5,980 nt of DNA from Octopus sinensis. Its lineage: Eukaryota. Shown here one piece after another: positions 5,922-5,980 of the stretch. Below the pieces are notes generated by a model. The model worked only from the letters and a program-made list of their open reading frames with translations, had not been told where the DNA came from and did no database searches. Both the position numbers and the translations under genes were made by a program. The stretch spans positions 1-5,980 of the forward strand of contig NW_021829753.1 of NCBI RefSeq assembly GCF_006345805.1, given 5' to 3'. How positions within the stretch are numbered: position 1 is the stretch's first letter; each line of letters begins with the position of its first letter.

Positions 5922-5980
5922 TGGTATGGTGGTGGCGGTGGTGGTGGTGGTGTCGGTGGTGATTGTGGTGGTGGAGATGG
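5922..5980. repeat. Degenerate (GGT)n microsatellite, runs off the window edge
   Basis: GGT repeats with GGC/GTC/GAT/GGA variants. Confidence 0.9.

Overview
This is non-coding, repeat-dense eukaryotic DNA. I see no intact protein-coding gene; all ORFs in the supplied track look like translations of microsatellites or repeat remnants. The SINE motifs and extreme microsatellite density resemble, from my recollection, a coleoid cephalopod (octopus-like) genome; this is unverified. Bases 1-2500 are mostly compound tri- and dinucleotide microsatellites. At 2474-2955 two related tRNA-derived SINEs sit head-to-head, followed by a structured, unexplained segment of about 170 bp. At 3429-4416 a (TAA)n array hosts an unclassified 561-bp element and a 5'-truncated R4/Dong-like non-LTR retrotransposon end (50 codons, 3'UTR hairpin, TAA-like tail) that the ORF track misses. 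At 4780-5750 a repeat with a period of about 160 bp occurs three times and is interrupted by a near-complete minus-strand SINE of about 400 bp. A 40-codon frame with a GVGKTSLAK P-loop-like string lies at 5763-5885. The strongest lead is the stacked TAA-targeted elements. Nothing here demonstrates a new biological system.
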